Shown here piece after piece: positions 34,920-46,080 of a DNA stretch of 64,000 nucleotides; within the stretch, counting starts at the first letter, position 1, and each line of letters starts with the position of its first letter. The DNA comes from an uncultured virus (IMG/VR IMGVR_UViG_3300020185_000031) (taxonomy: Duplodnaviria; Heunggongvirae; Uroviricota; Caudoviricetes): positions 1 to 64,000 of the IMG/VR virus record IMGVR_UViG_3300020185_000031; one strand, written 5' to 3'. The notes beneath the pieces are model-generated. The model was not told the DNA's origin, searched no databases, and was given only the letters and a program-made list of their open reading frames with translations. A program made the position numbers and the translations under genes.

Positions 34920-36755
34920 ATGGCTGAATTAAAATTTTTAAATAAAACTAGAACGGTCGCTACTCAAATTTTTAGCGATACTAGAACTTATATTTCGCGA
35001 ACATATCAGAGATCAAGTGCTCTATTTACTAGTGCTTCACCGTTTGCTCAGATTTTAAAAGTTCTTTCTGAAATGACTGAACTATTAATGTTCTATATTG
35101 AAGATTCAACAGTAGAGCAAAATATTTATACAGCACAGCAGCCGGAATCTATTTATGGCCTTGCTAGAATTGCGGGACATGACGTAACTCGTGGATTTGC
35201 TGCAACTGGAGAAATAAGTATCTCAATAGATCAAACTTCTGGAGCAGCTGCAAAGATGCAAAAAATAGCAGGTGACGGTATCACAATTCCAGCTAACGCT
35301 GAAATTAAATTTGACGTAAACGGACTTTCATACATGTTAAGAACTTCGAGAGATGCTTTTAGAATTAGCAAGAATCAAAAAAATAGTTTTAAAGCAATTG
35401 TTGTTCAAGGAAAAAATGAAACTCAAACAGTTACCGGAGGAGGAACTTCTTTTCAATCATTTAACATACAAGCTCCTGGTAAAACAGATCATAATTTAAT
35501 TAAAGTTTCTGTTAATGGTGAACAGTGGACTAAATTTAACTCAATATATGAGATGAATGGTGGAGACAAGGGGTTTATTGTTAAAACTGGTATTTCAGGA
35601 GGTTTAGATATTTATTTTGGTACTAATAACTTTGGATATCCTCCTGCTTTAGGTTCTACTATCGATATTGAGTATATAATACACGATGGAGCGTTAGGAA
35701 ACATTGAAGATTCAAGTGATCTTACAATTAAATGGATTGACGAAGGGCAAGATGGATCTGGAAATTTCTTCGATTTAAACGAACTGTTAACGGTTAACGT
35801 TACTTCAGCTCCAAAAATGGGAGCTGATCCAGAGTCTACTGAATTTACTAAATTAATAGCTCCACTTGCTAGTAAGTCATTTGTTTTGGCTACTCCTGAT
35901 AATTATGAGTATTTCTTATCAAGATATGGATTATTTTCATATATAGATGCGTATAACACTACTGATGACGGATACATTGATGATGATAATGTTATTTACA
36001 TATTCGCTGTTCCTGATGCTAGAAAGAAATTAGCAAAGAATCAAGATTATTTTGACATGCCACAACAAGAGATGTTCTTCGATCAAACTGAATATGATAA
36101 AATGACCGAAGTTCTACAACAGAGTGGTCAAATGATGGTTACTACTGAAGTTAAATTTATAGTTCCTAAAGTCCGTAAATATGCTATGGATATATCAATT
36201 AGGTATTTCGAAGGTTTTACTAAAGATAATATCTTTAATGATATTAGAACTGCTGTTTCCGACTATCTATTAAATATTACTCGTAGAGATAAATTACCCA
36301 AAAGTGATATTATCTATATTTTAGAAGGAGTTGAAGGGGTTGATTCAGTTAATGTTCAATTTAGAAGCGAGACTGAAGAGACTGCTAGGAGAAAAGGGTA
36401 TTACGAATCAGTAACTACTACAATTGCCCCACAAGAACCCGTAACTCTAGAAGATATTGGAAATGGAAAACAAAAATACGTTTTCTTTAAGAAAATACAG
36501 GATGTTAAAAAAGTTGTGGTTGCTCCAGGAGGTTCAATACCATACGATATTGCTGGTCTAGATAAATGGGGAGATATTATCATGGAAAAAGAAGAGGTTG
36601 CTGTGTTTAGAGGAGGCTGGATAGATAGGGATGGTGATGTCATTAAAGATACTCCTGCTATAAATGAAGAAGCTAGTCTTTCAGTAACCTTTGATGAAAC
36701 GCCAGTACCTAGAACAATTTACACTAGAGTTCAGGCAGGAAATAGAAAATCATAA
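34920..36755 (+). CDS. Baseplate wedge gp6/baseplate J-like
   Basis: TAQ...SIY.LARI.G, QG, V.VNG..W, IYFG...FG..P..G..I.I.Y....G..GN, GADPES. Confidence 0.85.
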   Translation: MAELKFLNKTRTVATQIFSDTRTYISRTYQRSSALFTSASPFAQILKVLSEMTELLMFYIEDSTVEQNIYTAQQPESIYGLARIAGHDVTRGFAATGEISISIDQTSGAAAKMQKIAGDGITIPANAEIKFDVNGLSYMLRTSRDAFRISKNQKNSFKAIVVQGKNETQTVTGGGTSFQSFNIQAPGKTDHNLIKVSVNGEQWTKFNSIYEMNGGDKGFIVKTGISGGLDIYFGTNNFGYPPALGSTIDIEYIIHDGALGNIEDSSDLTIKWIDEGQDGSGNFFDLNELLTVNVTSAPKMGADPESTEFTKLIAPLASKSFVLATPDNYEYFLSRYGLFSYIDAYNTTDDGYIDDDNVIYIFAVPDARKKLAKNQDYFDMPQQEMFFDQTEYDKMTEVLQQSGQMMVTTEVKFIVPKVRKYAMDISIRYFEGFTKDNIFNDIRTAVSDYLLNITRRDKLPKSDIIYILEGVEGVDSVNVQFRSETEETARRKGYYESVTTTIAPQEPVTLEDIGNGKQKYVFFKKIQDVKKVVVAPGGSIPYDIAGLDKWGDIIMEKEEVAVFRGGWIDRDGDVIKDTPAINEEASLSVTFDETPVPRTIYTRVQAGNRKS

Positions 36756-36757
36756 CA

Positions 36758-37030
36758 ATGGAATCATTATTTAAAGATCTTTTAAGATATAAATTAGTAA
36801 AACTATATTCATCTACTAAAACTAGAAAGGATAATAGGCTACATCTAGGATTTGATTACTCAGATAAATTAATGCAAAGAAATCTATCTGGTCATATTTT
36901 AAGAAATCAAACAATGCTTGATTTTGTTGGCTTTTTAAACGATTATCTGTTTAATTTAATTGGAGGAATTAAAAGTCTACAACAGTTTAAAAACTACACT
37001 GTTAAAAAAGACGATAGAAATATTACATAA
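36758..37030 (+). CDS. Hypothetical baseplate-region protein
   Basis: Operonic ORF. Confidence 0.6.
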   Translation: MESLFKDLLRYKLVKLYSSTKTRKDNRLHLGFDYSDKLMQRNLSGHILRNQTMLDFVGFLNDYLFNLIGGIKSLQQFKNYTVKKDDRNIT

Positions 37031-39768
37031 TGGAAAACTTAAAAATATTTAGAGGAAACGATTATAATCTCAATGCTACATTAGATACAGATGGAGTTCT
37101 AGAAGCTTCTGTCTATTTAGATGAGGTTTCTACAGGACTATATGAGTCTTCTACTATCTTTTTTTTAGAGGCTGTAGAATATAATGATTCAATATATCTT
37201 AGTAAGCCAATATCTAATTCTGCATTACAAACTAAATTTGAGTTTGAATGGAAAGATGATATTTATGAGTCAGCCGACTTAATAATGTACGGCGCTAAAA
37301 TAGAGAGTGGTATTACTAAGATTCAAGTTAAATCTACTGATTCATTTAAAGTACTAGATAGTACTACTTCAACCGGTGTTAATTCTGATAATTTAAAAAT
37401 CGTAACTACTTTAAATAGTGAAGCTATTCAAGTAAATGTAGCTCTTAATTCAGAAACTGAAGGAAGGCATCATCGAACACTTCTGGTGTATTCAAACGAC
37501 AGTGTTGATAGAATACTAGTTGCTAGGATACTATTCTACGGTGAAGTAGAGGGTGAAGATGATAGATTAAGAGTTCTTCTTCAAAACTTAGGATCTACTC
37601 TTGATGAAGGAGACTTTATTCTATTTAAAGAACATGACATAACAGAAATGTCTCCTGACTATATTTTATTAAATCAAAAAAGAAGAGAACTCTTATTAGA
37701 ACTTTCTAATATTAGACCATTTATTGGGACATATAAGGCAATCTTAAATGCTATCGATTTCTTTGGTTATAATAATTTGACACTAAAGGAATATTGGTTA
37801 AACATTAATACCGGTAGCAACTCGTTTGGAAAGCTACATGCAGTTCCAGTTCCTAATTCTAGCAAACACGGTGACGCAGTTAGAAAGGCTATGACTATTA
37901 AGGTTCCAAATAGTAACCTTAAAAAGACTAGTAGGTTTAGTCTAGTATATAAGATTAACACTGCTAACGGTGGTGTAGACGAGTGGGATATCCCAACAGT
38001 AGATGAGGTTTTTGATTTTACTCCTGAAGAAGTATTAATTAAGCTATATGGTCTTAAAAATAAACTTCAACGAGAGTACCTACCACTAAACGCAAAAATA
38101 GTTGATATTACTGGAGAAGGAGATTACTTTGCTCAAAAGAATTTAAACGTTTGGAATAATCAGAATGCAATTGCTTTTTTTACTGAAGGCATTGATATTA
38201 ACTATACGAGTTTTCCAAATAATAGAAACCTATATATTGAAGACGTATCATTAGTATTAAGAAAAGTTTATGACCCAAACGATATAGTTGGAACCGGTAA
38301 TAATGACTTTAACGCGATATTAAATACAAAATTTGAGGACTATGAAACTCTTAGTTCTTCTCAATTAGCAGACTTAAGAACCGCTATTAATTCTTTTTAT
38401 TCAACGTATTATGATGATTCTCTCGAAACTTTAAATGAAGATATTCAAGTTGGATGTCCGGTTATTCTTGACGGAGAAAAGACGTTTGATACAATATGGG
38501 ATTCTGGAAAATTTACATGGAATGATTCAATTGATCCTCAAGTAACTTGGAATAACTGGTGGAAAAGATGGGTATATGAGATTGAATGGATAATATCTGG
38601 ACCTAATGATTGGAACCATTCATTTAGAGGTAATATTGACGATTACTTAAAGTTCCCAATTTTTCTTCCATACAATGGAGAGTATTCAGTAGAGATGAGA
38701 ACTTATGATCTTTTTGGACATAGATCATATGACTTTAAAAAGGATATGATTAGCGTAAATCTAAAGGAAGTTGAGATATACGGATTCTACAAAACACTTG
38801 GTTTAAATAAATGGGAAGACAGGGATTCGTTAAAGTGGAATCAAATTGGAGGATACTGGGATCTACCTGCACATAATGAAAAAATAATACAAGAGGCTGA
38901 CGCCAGTTGGTATCTTGCTTTAGATAGGGCAAACTATGTACATGATAATGTAAGTCCGGGTGACGAAAACTTTTCTACCGTTTCTAGATATGATGATATT
39001 TATTCAGATATAGGATATTCTGAAACTCCAGGGCCATACTATTGGGACAACTGCGACTTTGCTTGGAATTGGACAAACGATATTTGGTGGGAAGCTACTA
39101 GAATTGGAAATGACTTAACTGCTTCTTTTTTAATTAAAGACATTGAAAACGGATCAGTACTGACAATTAATCATTTAAACCCTACTCTAAATATAATACA
39201 AACTGGAAATATTACTATTAGTAGTAATACACCTACTTCAATTAATGATCTTGCAGGATGGAGGTTAATAACAGATGAGCTTAATAATTCAACAGATCCT
39301 ATTATTAGTAAATTTAACTATAATATAGTAGAGCGAGATATTGATGGAAACAACCTACCAGGCGACCAAGCTGATGTGGTTTCTTATATTTTAGCTGTTG
39401 GAAAACAATACTCAAAAACATATGACTTTGAAAGCATAACTATTACAGATGGAGAGGTAGGAGGAGAGTTCAATCAAGTAACATACAATCCGACATTTGA
39501 TGAAATAGATATTTTTAGCGATTGGAGAGAGGTTAATAGGTCAACTCATGTTACGTTTTGCACCGATAACTCTAAAATGCCAGGAATGAAATTGGTAAGA
39601 TGGAAGATTACAAATAATACATACTCAGATAACAGTGATATATATTATGATGATATTGTGTTAACATATCTTTTTAAGTATCCAGGAGACTATACAATCA
39701 CACTAGAAACCGAGGATACTAATGGAAATATAAACACATCACAAAGAAACATATTAAAAGTAAAATAA
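37030..39768 (+). CDS. Baseplate wedge gp7-like protein with Trp-rich repeats and PKD-like C-terminus
   Basis: IGTYKA...AI.FFGY motif; follows the gp6-like gene; F.YPG.YTI.LE..DTNGN. Confidence 0.6.
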   Translation: MENLKIFRGNDYNLNATLDTDGVLEASVYLDEVSTGLYESSTIFFLEAVEYNDSIYLSKPISNSALQTKFEFEWKDDIYESADLIMYGAKIESGITKIQVKSTDSFKVLDSTTSTGVNSDNLKIVTTLNSEAIQVNVALNSETEGRHHRTLLVYSNDSVDRILVARILFYGEVEGEDDRLRVLLQNLGSTLDEGDFILFKEHDITEMSPDYILLNQKRRELLLELSNIRPFIGTYKAILNAIDFFGYNNLTLKEYWLNINTGSNSFGKLHAVPVPNSSKHGDAVRKAMTIKVPNSNLKKTSRFSLVYKINTANGGVDEWDIPTVDEVFDFTPEEVLIKLYGLKNKLQREYLPLNAKIVDITGEGDYFAQKNLNVWNNQNAIAFFTEGIDINYTSFPNNRNLYIEDVSLVLRKVYDPNDIVGTGNNDFNAILNTKFEDYETLSSSQLADLRTAINSFYSTYYDDSLETLNEDIQVGCPVILDGEKTFDTIWDSGKFTWNDSIDPQVTWNNWWKRWVYEIEWIISGPNDWNHSFRGNIDDYLKFPIFLPYNGEYSVEMRTYDLFGHRSYDFKKDMISVNLKEVEIYGFYKTLGLNKWEDRDSLKWNQIGGYWDLPAHNEKIIQEADASWYLALDRANYVHDNVSPGDENFSTVSRYDDIYSDIGYSETPGPYYWDNCDFAWNWTNDIWWEATRIGNDLTASFLIKDIENGSVLTINHLNPTLNIIQTGNITISSNTPTSINDLAGWRLITDELNNSTDPIISKFNYNIVERDIDGNNLPGDQADVVSYILAVGKQYSKTYDFESITITDGEVGGEFNQVTYNPTFDEIDIFSDWREVNRSTHVTFCTDNSKMPGMKLVRWKITNNTYSDNSDIYYDDIVLTYLFKYPGDYTITLETEDTNGNINTSQRNILKVK

Positions 39769-39775
39769 AAACAAG

Positions 39776-40402
39776 ATGGCAAACATTACAGAAATTCTAG
39801 GAACAGATTCAATTTCTTCTTCTAGACTAACATTAAACTCTAACTTTACAGCAGTAAATGATGAGATAGCTGATATTACTAATCTAATAGATCCAGTAAC
39901 TTCTACTATCTCAAATATTGATACTATATCTGCAGAGTCAATTAACCTCTCAACAATATCTGGAGGGAGTACATTAAATATAGTATCTTTTAATTCTAAT
40001 GGAGCAACCTTTAGCGTTGCTTCTGATTTCGGAGAAGATGTTATTTTTCAGAAAAAGGTTTCAAAAACTGGAAAGCTAGGAAGCCCAGCTGCAGGATCAG
40101 TAGCATCCTCACCTTCGACTATCGACGTAACTACATTATTTACAGCATCGACAGCACCTCTTAATTTACCAGGAGGAGTAGATGGACAAGAGATTACGGT
40201 GATTAACACTCTAAATTCTGCGGTTACATTAAGTACTACTAACATTGCTGCGAGTACTATTAGTTTAGATTCACAAAATTCATCTATTACTCTAAGGTAT
40301 ATTAGTAGTAGTTCAACTTGGTATATAATTGGATCACACGCAACAACGGTTACTACTGGAGGAGCATCACCAGGAGGATCACCGGGAATAATAGGTTTAT
40401 AA
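39776..40402 (+). CDS. Short fibre/virion protein
   Basis: N-terminal ITEIL.TD.IS.SR..LN.NF anchor; beta-rich C-terminus. Confidence 0.55.
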   Translation: MANITEILGTDSISSSRLTLNSNFTAVNDEIADITNLIDPVTSTISNIDTISAESINLSTISGGSTLNIVSFNSNGATFSVASDFGEDVIFQKKVSKTGKLGSPAAGSVASSPSTIDVTTLFTASTAPLNLPGGVDGQEITVINTLNSAVTLSTTNIAASTISLDSQNSSITLRYISSSSTWYIIGSHATTVTTGGASPGGSPGIIGL

Positions 40403-40440
40403 GTAACTATTATCTAAAATTTTAAAAAAGAACACAATAA

Positions 40441-42387
40441 ATGGCAACACCGTTAGTTAGAATACCACAGCCTCAAGGAGGTACTATGTATGCTTTTGCA
40501 TCTTCTGCAAGAGATATTACACGTGCTTTTAACAATGCAGATCTCAAATTTGAGTTCAGTAGATACGCATTATTAGATTTACCAGATTTTACAACACCTG
40601 TTAATGGATCTAATACAATAGACTATACTTCGTTATTAGAAACATCTGGCGTTAGTTATACCCCTTCAGCAAATGGAGCTGGTGTTGATTTTGCGCTTAC
40701 TTTTCAAAATTCAGTATTAAATTCAGAAGAGATACTATTACAAGATGACGATTTCGATCCTATTCTCTTAGGTTCGGACTCTGAAAAATTATTTTTTAAA
40801 TGGCTTTCAAATACTGGAGCAATTAGATTTAATGGAGCTGATTCAAATGTTAGTAATGTTGGTAATTACACCGAAGATCCTAATTCTGAACAAATAGGTA
40901 CTGTTTACAATAGAGTCGTTAAATATTTAGGAACTATTGATGCCGAAAACGATATAGCATATAAAGGTAACGCGTACCATGAAGTATACATTAATGTACC
41001 TTCTTCGGTAGGAACAACGCCAGAAGTATTATTTGAGCCATCGAAATACAATACAACGGCTACTCGGTTGTTTGCAGATCCTACTTGGATTGAGGGTAGA
41101 GATAATCAAACACACCCCGATTCTAATTTAGATTTATCACCAATTACAGATTCTTATGATGTTGTGAATGGACCATTTTATGATATTGACACTAACGTAT
41201 CAAATGGTGTTGAGATTGACTGGAATCCACAATCATACTATGGTGTAACTAATGATAGTACGGTTTCTAGTCTAGGAGATTATGCTAAAAAAGGTTCTGA
41301 TTTTAGATTTAATGCAATTCTAGTATACTATGATTTATATAGTACTTCAGTTCCTGCAAATAGATCTACTAATTTGTATGGAATCTTAATACTAGATGAC
41401 GTTAAGAGCCTAGGAGGCGTAGGTTATAAAATTAATGAACAAATAAAGTACAAGCCTAACGAAATAACAGGACTTAACGGTAATGCTTTTTCATTAAAAC
41501 TAAATCTAAAGTTTAATACTTCTTTAGATAATGTAGGTGTAGAAACTAACATAAATGATTTTACTACATTTTCTATGGATCTATTCATGGATACGACCAC
41601 TCTTTTAGAAAATGCAGCAGATCTTTTAATTAAATCAAACGACAGAAACTTAAATATTATTAATAGATTAGATGACATCGAAAAAATAGTTCTAGCTTCT
41701 GAGACTACTGAAGATTTAGATGCTAGATTAGACCAATTAGAACTAGATTTTCAAAATACATCAACGCAGCTACAAGATTCAGATTCTTTGCTTAAATTAA
41801 TAACTAAAGCACATGACAAACTTAATTCGCTAATAGATGGAACTATACCAGTATCGTTACAATACAACACAAATGTTGTATATGATGGACTAGGTACTGA
41901 GATTGATAAATCAGTAACTGATAAGATTAAGATAAACAATGTTGTTAAGGGTTATGAGAATCTTAAGATATACGCATGGGATTTATCAGCTTTGTCAGTT
42001 TCAACAGCAATAACAACAGCAAACCCATTTGATATTCAAGCGGGAGGAAGTGGTTTAAGCCAATATGGAATATGGTGTAAGCTTAGACCTTTTACTAATA
42101 GAATTAGTTTTATTAATAAGTTTTTAACCAGTACTGCGAACGATAATCTTAATATATACATAGATGATCAAACTAACTCGTGGAGAGCTGGTCAAATAGT
42201 TAAAATAACATTTGAAACTATAAATATGGATGGAAATAACATCAAAATTTATACTAAAGCGAATAGTAGTTTTAATCAATTGATTGCAGATATTTCACCT
42301 GCTAGTTTAATTACTAATAAACCATACATTGAGATTATTTGTATTGATCCAGTAACGTATCAATTTGAAGTAGATATTTTAAGATAA
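40441..42387 (+). CDS. Virion structural protein (baseplate region)
   Basis: Long ORF in the structural operon; FNAILVYYD, NLYGIL motifs; coiled coil. Confidence 0.6.
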   Translation: MATPLVRIPQPQGGTMYAFASSARDITRAFNNADLKFEFSRYALLDLPDFTTPVNGSNTIDYTSLLETSGVSYTPSANGAGVDFALTFQNSVLNSEEILLQDDDFDPILLGSDSEKLFFKWLSNTGAIRFNGADSNVSNVGNYTEDPNSEQIGTVYNRVVKYLGTIDAENDIAYKGNAYHEVYINVPSSVGTTPEVLFEPSKYNTTATRLFADPTWIEGRDNQTHPDSNLDLSPITDSYDVVNGPFYDIDTNVSNGVEIDWNPQSYYGVTNDSTVSSLGDYAKKGSDFRFNAILVYYDLYSTSVPANRSTNLYGILILDDVKSLGGVGYKINEQIKYKPNEITGLNGNAFSLKLNLKFNTSLDNVGVETNINDFTTFSMDLFMDTTTLLENAADLLIKSNDRNLNIINRLDDIEKIVLASETTEDLDARLDQLELDFQNTSTQLQDSDSLLKLITKAHDKLNSLIDGTIPVSLQYNTNVVYDGLGTEIDKSVTDKIKINNVVKGYENLKIYAWDLSALSVSTAITTANPFDIQAGGSGLSQYGIWCKLRPFTNRISFINKFLTSTANDNLNIYIDDQTNSWRAGQIVKITFETINMDGNNIKIYTKANSSFNQLIADISPASLITNKPYIEIICIDPVTYQFEVDILR

Positions 42388-42388
42388 C

Positions 42389-45300
42389 ATGAACACAAAC
42401 AACTCCATATCATCCGTAGTCAAGCAATTGCTTGAAATTAATGTAAACTCTCTTAGTGCATTTGAGAGAATAAATGAGGCTATTACTACCGAAAAGAAAA
42501 GCATTCCCCTAGAAATACTAAATGCGGAAGGAACTACAACTACAACATATGTTCCGTCATTTGGTTTTATGAAGAAAGAACTAGAAAGATTAGATATTAA
42601 TCTTAAGGCTCTTACTGATTTGACTGATGGTACTTCTAAGGTTAAGCTAGCAGACGGAACATACCAAAGAATTTATACAGGAACTCTTAAAAGTCCTGCA
42701 AACGATATAGAAAATATAAATAGACCTACTGAATTTGGTGTTAAGTCTAATTATTTTTTCGAAGATTTTTTAACTCCACTATTAACAACTTCGTTTGATG
42801 TTACAAATCAAATTAGTTCAGATACCGAAAGGGTTTTAATTAAGCGATTAATAATCGACACTACTTTTGATTTTGCTAGTGAATATTTTGATACTGAATT
42901 AAAAGGAAAGGATGGATTAGAATATAGCGAAGTTATTACCGGACTAGCTTCTAATAATATACCGCATTATGTTGATGAAGAAGTAAGAGATCTTCCATAC
43001 AGAAGCACTCAGTATTATGGTACGTTTGACGTTACTTCTATTGATACTGTAGAAAAGACAGTAATCTTAGATGGAGAACAAGTAAAGAGAAACATACAAT
43101 TATATACAATTGATCAGTTAACATACACTGATTCTGATAAGGCTTTAAAGAGTACTGAGAATTTAAAGGTTAACGATGAATTAATGGTTAACACTGGTAA
43201 AAGAAGTACTAAGTATAAAATTACAAGTGTTGATAGTTCTACAAGACAAGTTACTCTTGATTTAGTACAAGGATATGAACCTATAAGAATTGGTTCAGAT
43301 TCGTTAAGGATTTACAAAGCAAATAATATTTCGTTAAACATTGATATCAATCTTGGTTTTAATGAAAGCCTTGTTGTTTTCTTTAAGGCAATCGACCCAG
43401 ATTCTAATATACTTGCTGAAAACTGGTCGCCAGGTACTGCAATTTATTCTAACGAATTAAAAATTACGCTAGAAAGTGGACAGGTTCAAACATTAGCGGA
43501 TTATTACAAAGAAGGCGTTGCTGATTTTGGTCAATTTATAAAAGCACTTAAAGAAGACGCAATTCCTCCGGCAACATTAGGTAAAACACCTGACGCACCT
43601 TCTCTTAATGGTGATAACTTTACAATAGTTCAAATTAATAAGCACCTAACTGAAAACGACGGCGCTCAAAAGGTTAAAAAGTTTACTCTAGAAAAAGGTA
43701 AATCAGAGTCTAATATTAAAAAACTAGATGATACAATTGTATTAAAAAGAGCTAGCGTTGCTACTAAAAAGTATTCTTCTATTATTGAAAGAGACCGGGA
43801 CCGTAACGAGTTAAGTGCTCTTATGAATGTTAGAGGTTCAGAGACTAAATTATATGCTTCACTTGTTAACCAAATACAAGCTGTTGCAAAAGACACTAAT
43901 ATTATTGCCGTTACTCCTAAGTTTAGAGTTAGAGGATTTTGGAGTATTCCAGATCCTAAAATTGTAGCTGAAACTATTCCGCAACAAGTCGTTCAATTTA
44001 TTGTTCAATATAGATATTTATCAACAAACGGTAAATCTTCAGACGTTGCTCAAATTCCTTTTGTTGAGAATGGAAAGGAAAAGACTGGTGTATTTTCTAA
44101 CTGGAATGAGATTAAAACAACTGTTAGACCTAGAGTAAAGGATGAAACAACTGGCAAATTCTATTGGGGAGATCCATTAATAGAAGACGGCCAAGAAATT
44201 AATTTTAATCAATTAGATATTTCAATTCAAAAAGGAGAGGTAATTGACGTTAGGGTTAAATCAGTTTCAGAAGCTGGATATCCTTCTAATCCGATACTAA
44301 GTGATTGGAGTGATGTAGTTAGGATCGAATTCCCAGAAGGAGAATTAGATACTACTAACATTACAACTATAGTTACTGATAACCAAACTGAATCTGCTGT
44401 AGTTAAAGTAAATGAAGAATTAGAATCTAGAGGAGTATATGATCACGTTGCTGATTCATTTGCAGCAAACGAAAAATATTTTGCACATACTGCAACTTCT
44501 ATTGCTTCTGGATTTTTATCACCTGAACAGACTCCAATTACGCTATTTGACAAACTTACTCAATTACAAAACGAAGTAACTTCTCTTCAAGAAACTATAT
44601 CTGGAATTAAAGGAGAACTTACTGTTAAATTAGTAACTGAAGAGGGTACTGTAATTAATATCAACAAGAACACAAACAACAAGGTGTTCGCTGGGTATTA
44701 TACGGACGAAGTTGCTGACCTTACTGTTAAAAAGGGACATATAGTTACTAAAGCGTTTAAGCTTCTTCTTGAAAACACAAACGCAACTCAACTTGAATTA
44801 ATTGCTAGAATTGCTGGTGATAGATCTCTTCCTGTTTTTAGATCTTCTACGGTAGGATCTGATGCACTTACTAACGGATTCGGTATTAATGCTGCCTCTA
44901 GTGGCGTTCCTGAAAAAGTAATAAACGATTCATACTATACTACAGAAGCTAAGTATGACTTAGTGCCATTGCAATATCAGAACGTTGATTCAACCTCAAC
45001 TGCATTAAAGTTTGGTGATAGTAACCTAGAATATAACTTTACTGCTCCATATCAGTCTGCTCAGAGAAGAGGTCAATTCATATACTCCAGATTTATGGAT
45101 ATATCAAATGAGAATAAGTTATACGCAGACTCTCCATTAGTTGCAATACCATCAGGTAAAATTTCTGACTATGAGTATTTAATGTCGTATGATACCGCTG
45201 TCATCTCTACAATAACTGGAGTAGGCACAGGTTCTGATTATATCTGGAATGGTAGCTTTGGTACATTTTCAACCACATATGACTTAACTCCGGCGTTTAG

Positions 45301-46006
45301 TCCAACTCAGGTTAACGTTACCGGAGTTTCTAACATAACATCTGCTTTATATGATAGTGGAATTTATTTACACAAAGAACACCCAGACTTAGATAATCTA
45401 TATACTTCATATCAGGGAGCTGCCGCTACTAATTCAGCAATGACAAGTGCAGAGCTTACAGCAGTTCTACAGGCTCAAATAGATTCTGCATTAATTGGTA
45501 CGATGTCTATTCCAGCAACTATAGAGTCTGAAGATACTAATGGTAAGTTACAATTAGGGTATAGACACAGTAACAATACAATAACAAATTACGATAGAAC
45601 ATTTAAAATGTCTTTCGATGCTAACGATCAATATTTACTAGGAGGTAAATCGTGTGGTTCTTATTTATTTATTGCGCCAATTAACCCAGATTCTTTATTA
45701 GTTGATGGTGATAACAAGTTTGGACGTAAATATGTAACTACTGGCGAAACTAACGCAGTATCTATAGATTTAGTATTTCAATACAGAATGACTGATTATG
45801 CAGGTAACGATAACACTAACGATCTTGGTAGAGTTGGAGGTATTATAAGCAACACGCTTACTAATCTGACATATTCAAAAAGAGTAGGTATTGATACGTT
45901 TGACGCAGATGGAGAACAATTCTCTTTTGATATTGAGGTTTTTGCAAAGTATAAAGCTGCTGGTTCTAATAAGAATTCAGTAAAGGCTGCGCAGCTTTCT
46001 ATCTAG
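42389..46006 (+). CDS. Large virion structural protein with FN3-like domain
   Basis: RVRGFW.IP, QYRY, RVKS.SEAG.P...SDWS (FN3-like); coiled coils. Confidence 0.6.
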   Translation: MNTNNSISSVVKQLLEINVNSLSAFERINEAITTEKKSIPLEILNAEGTTTTTYVPSFGFMKKELERLDINLKALTDLTDGTSKVKLADGTYQRIYTGTLKSPANDIENINRPTEFGVKSNYFFEDFLTPLLTTSFDVTNQISSDTERVLIKRLIIDTTFDFASEYFDTELKGKDGLEYSEVITGLASNNIPHYVDEEVRDLPYRSTQYYGTFDVTSIDTVEKTVILDGEQVKRNIQLYTIDQLTYTDSDKALKSTENLKVNDELMVNTGKRSTKYKITSVDSSTRQVTLDLVQGYEPIRIGSDSLRIYKANNISLNIDINLGFNESLVVFFKAIDPDSNILAENWSPGTAIYSNELKITLESGQVQTLADYYKEGVADFGQFIKALKEDAIPPATLGKTPDAPSLNGDNFTIVQINKHLTENDGAQKVKKFTLEKGKSESNIKKLDDTIVLKRASVATKKYSSIIERDRDRNELSALMNVRGSETKLYASLVNQIQAVAKDTNIIAVTPKFRVRGFWSIPDPKIVAETIPQQVVQFIVQYRYLSTNGKSSDVAQIPFVENGKEKTGVFSNWNEIKTTVRPRVKDETTGKFYWGDPLIEDGQEINFNQLDISIQKGEVIDVRVKSVSEAGYPSNPILSDWSDVVRIEFPEGELDTTNITTIVTDNQTESAVVKVNEELESRGVYDHVADSFAANEKYFAHTATSIASGFLSPEQTPITLFDKLTQLQNEVTSLQETISGIKGELTVKLVTEEGTVININKNTNNKVFAGYYTDEVADLTVKKGHIVTKAFKLLLENTNATQLELIARIAGDRSLPVFRSSTVGSDALTNGFGINAASSGVPEKVINDSYYTTEAKYDLVPLQYQNVDSTSTALKFGDSNLEYNFTAPYQSAQRRGQFIYSRFMDISNENKLYADSPLVAIPSGKISDYEYLMSYDTAVISTITGVGTGSDYIWNGSFGTFSTTYDLTPAFSPTQVNVTGVSNITSALYDSGIYLHKEHPDLDNLYTSYQGAAATNSAMTSAELTAVLQAQIDSALIGTMSIPATIESEDTNGKLQLGYRHSNNTITNYDRTFKMSFDANDQYLLGGKSCGSYLFIAPINPDSLLVDGDNKFGRKYVTTGETNAVSIDLVFQYRMTDYAGNDNTNDLGRVGGIISNTLTNLTYSKRVGIDTFDADGEQFSFDIEVFAKYKAAGSNKNSVKAAQLSI

Positions 46007-46022
46007 TGGACTTACGCTAACC

Positions 46023-46080
46023 CTAATGTAATTGATATATAGAGTATAGGAATATTTCTATAAAAAGACAATTACATTAG
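46023..46080 (+). promoter_or_regulatory. Late promoter embedded in a 12-bp hairpin that abuts the start codon
   Basis: ctaatgtaattg (46023-46034) / caattacattag (46069-46080); GATATATA 46034-46041; ATG 46081. Confidence 0.7.
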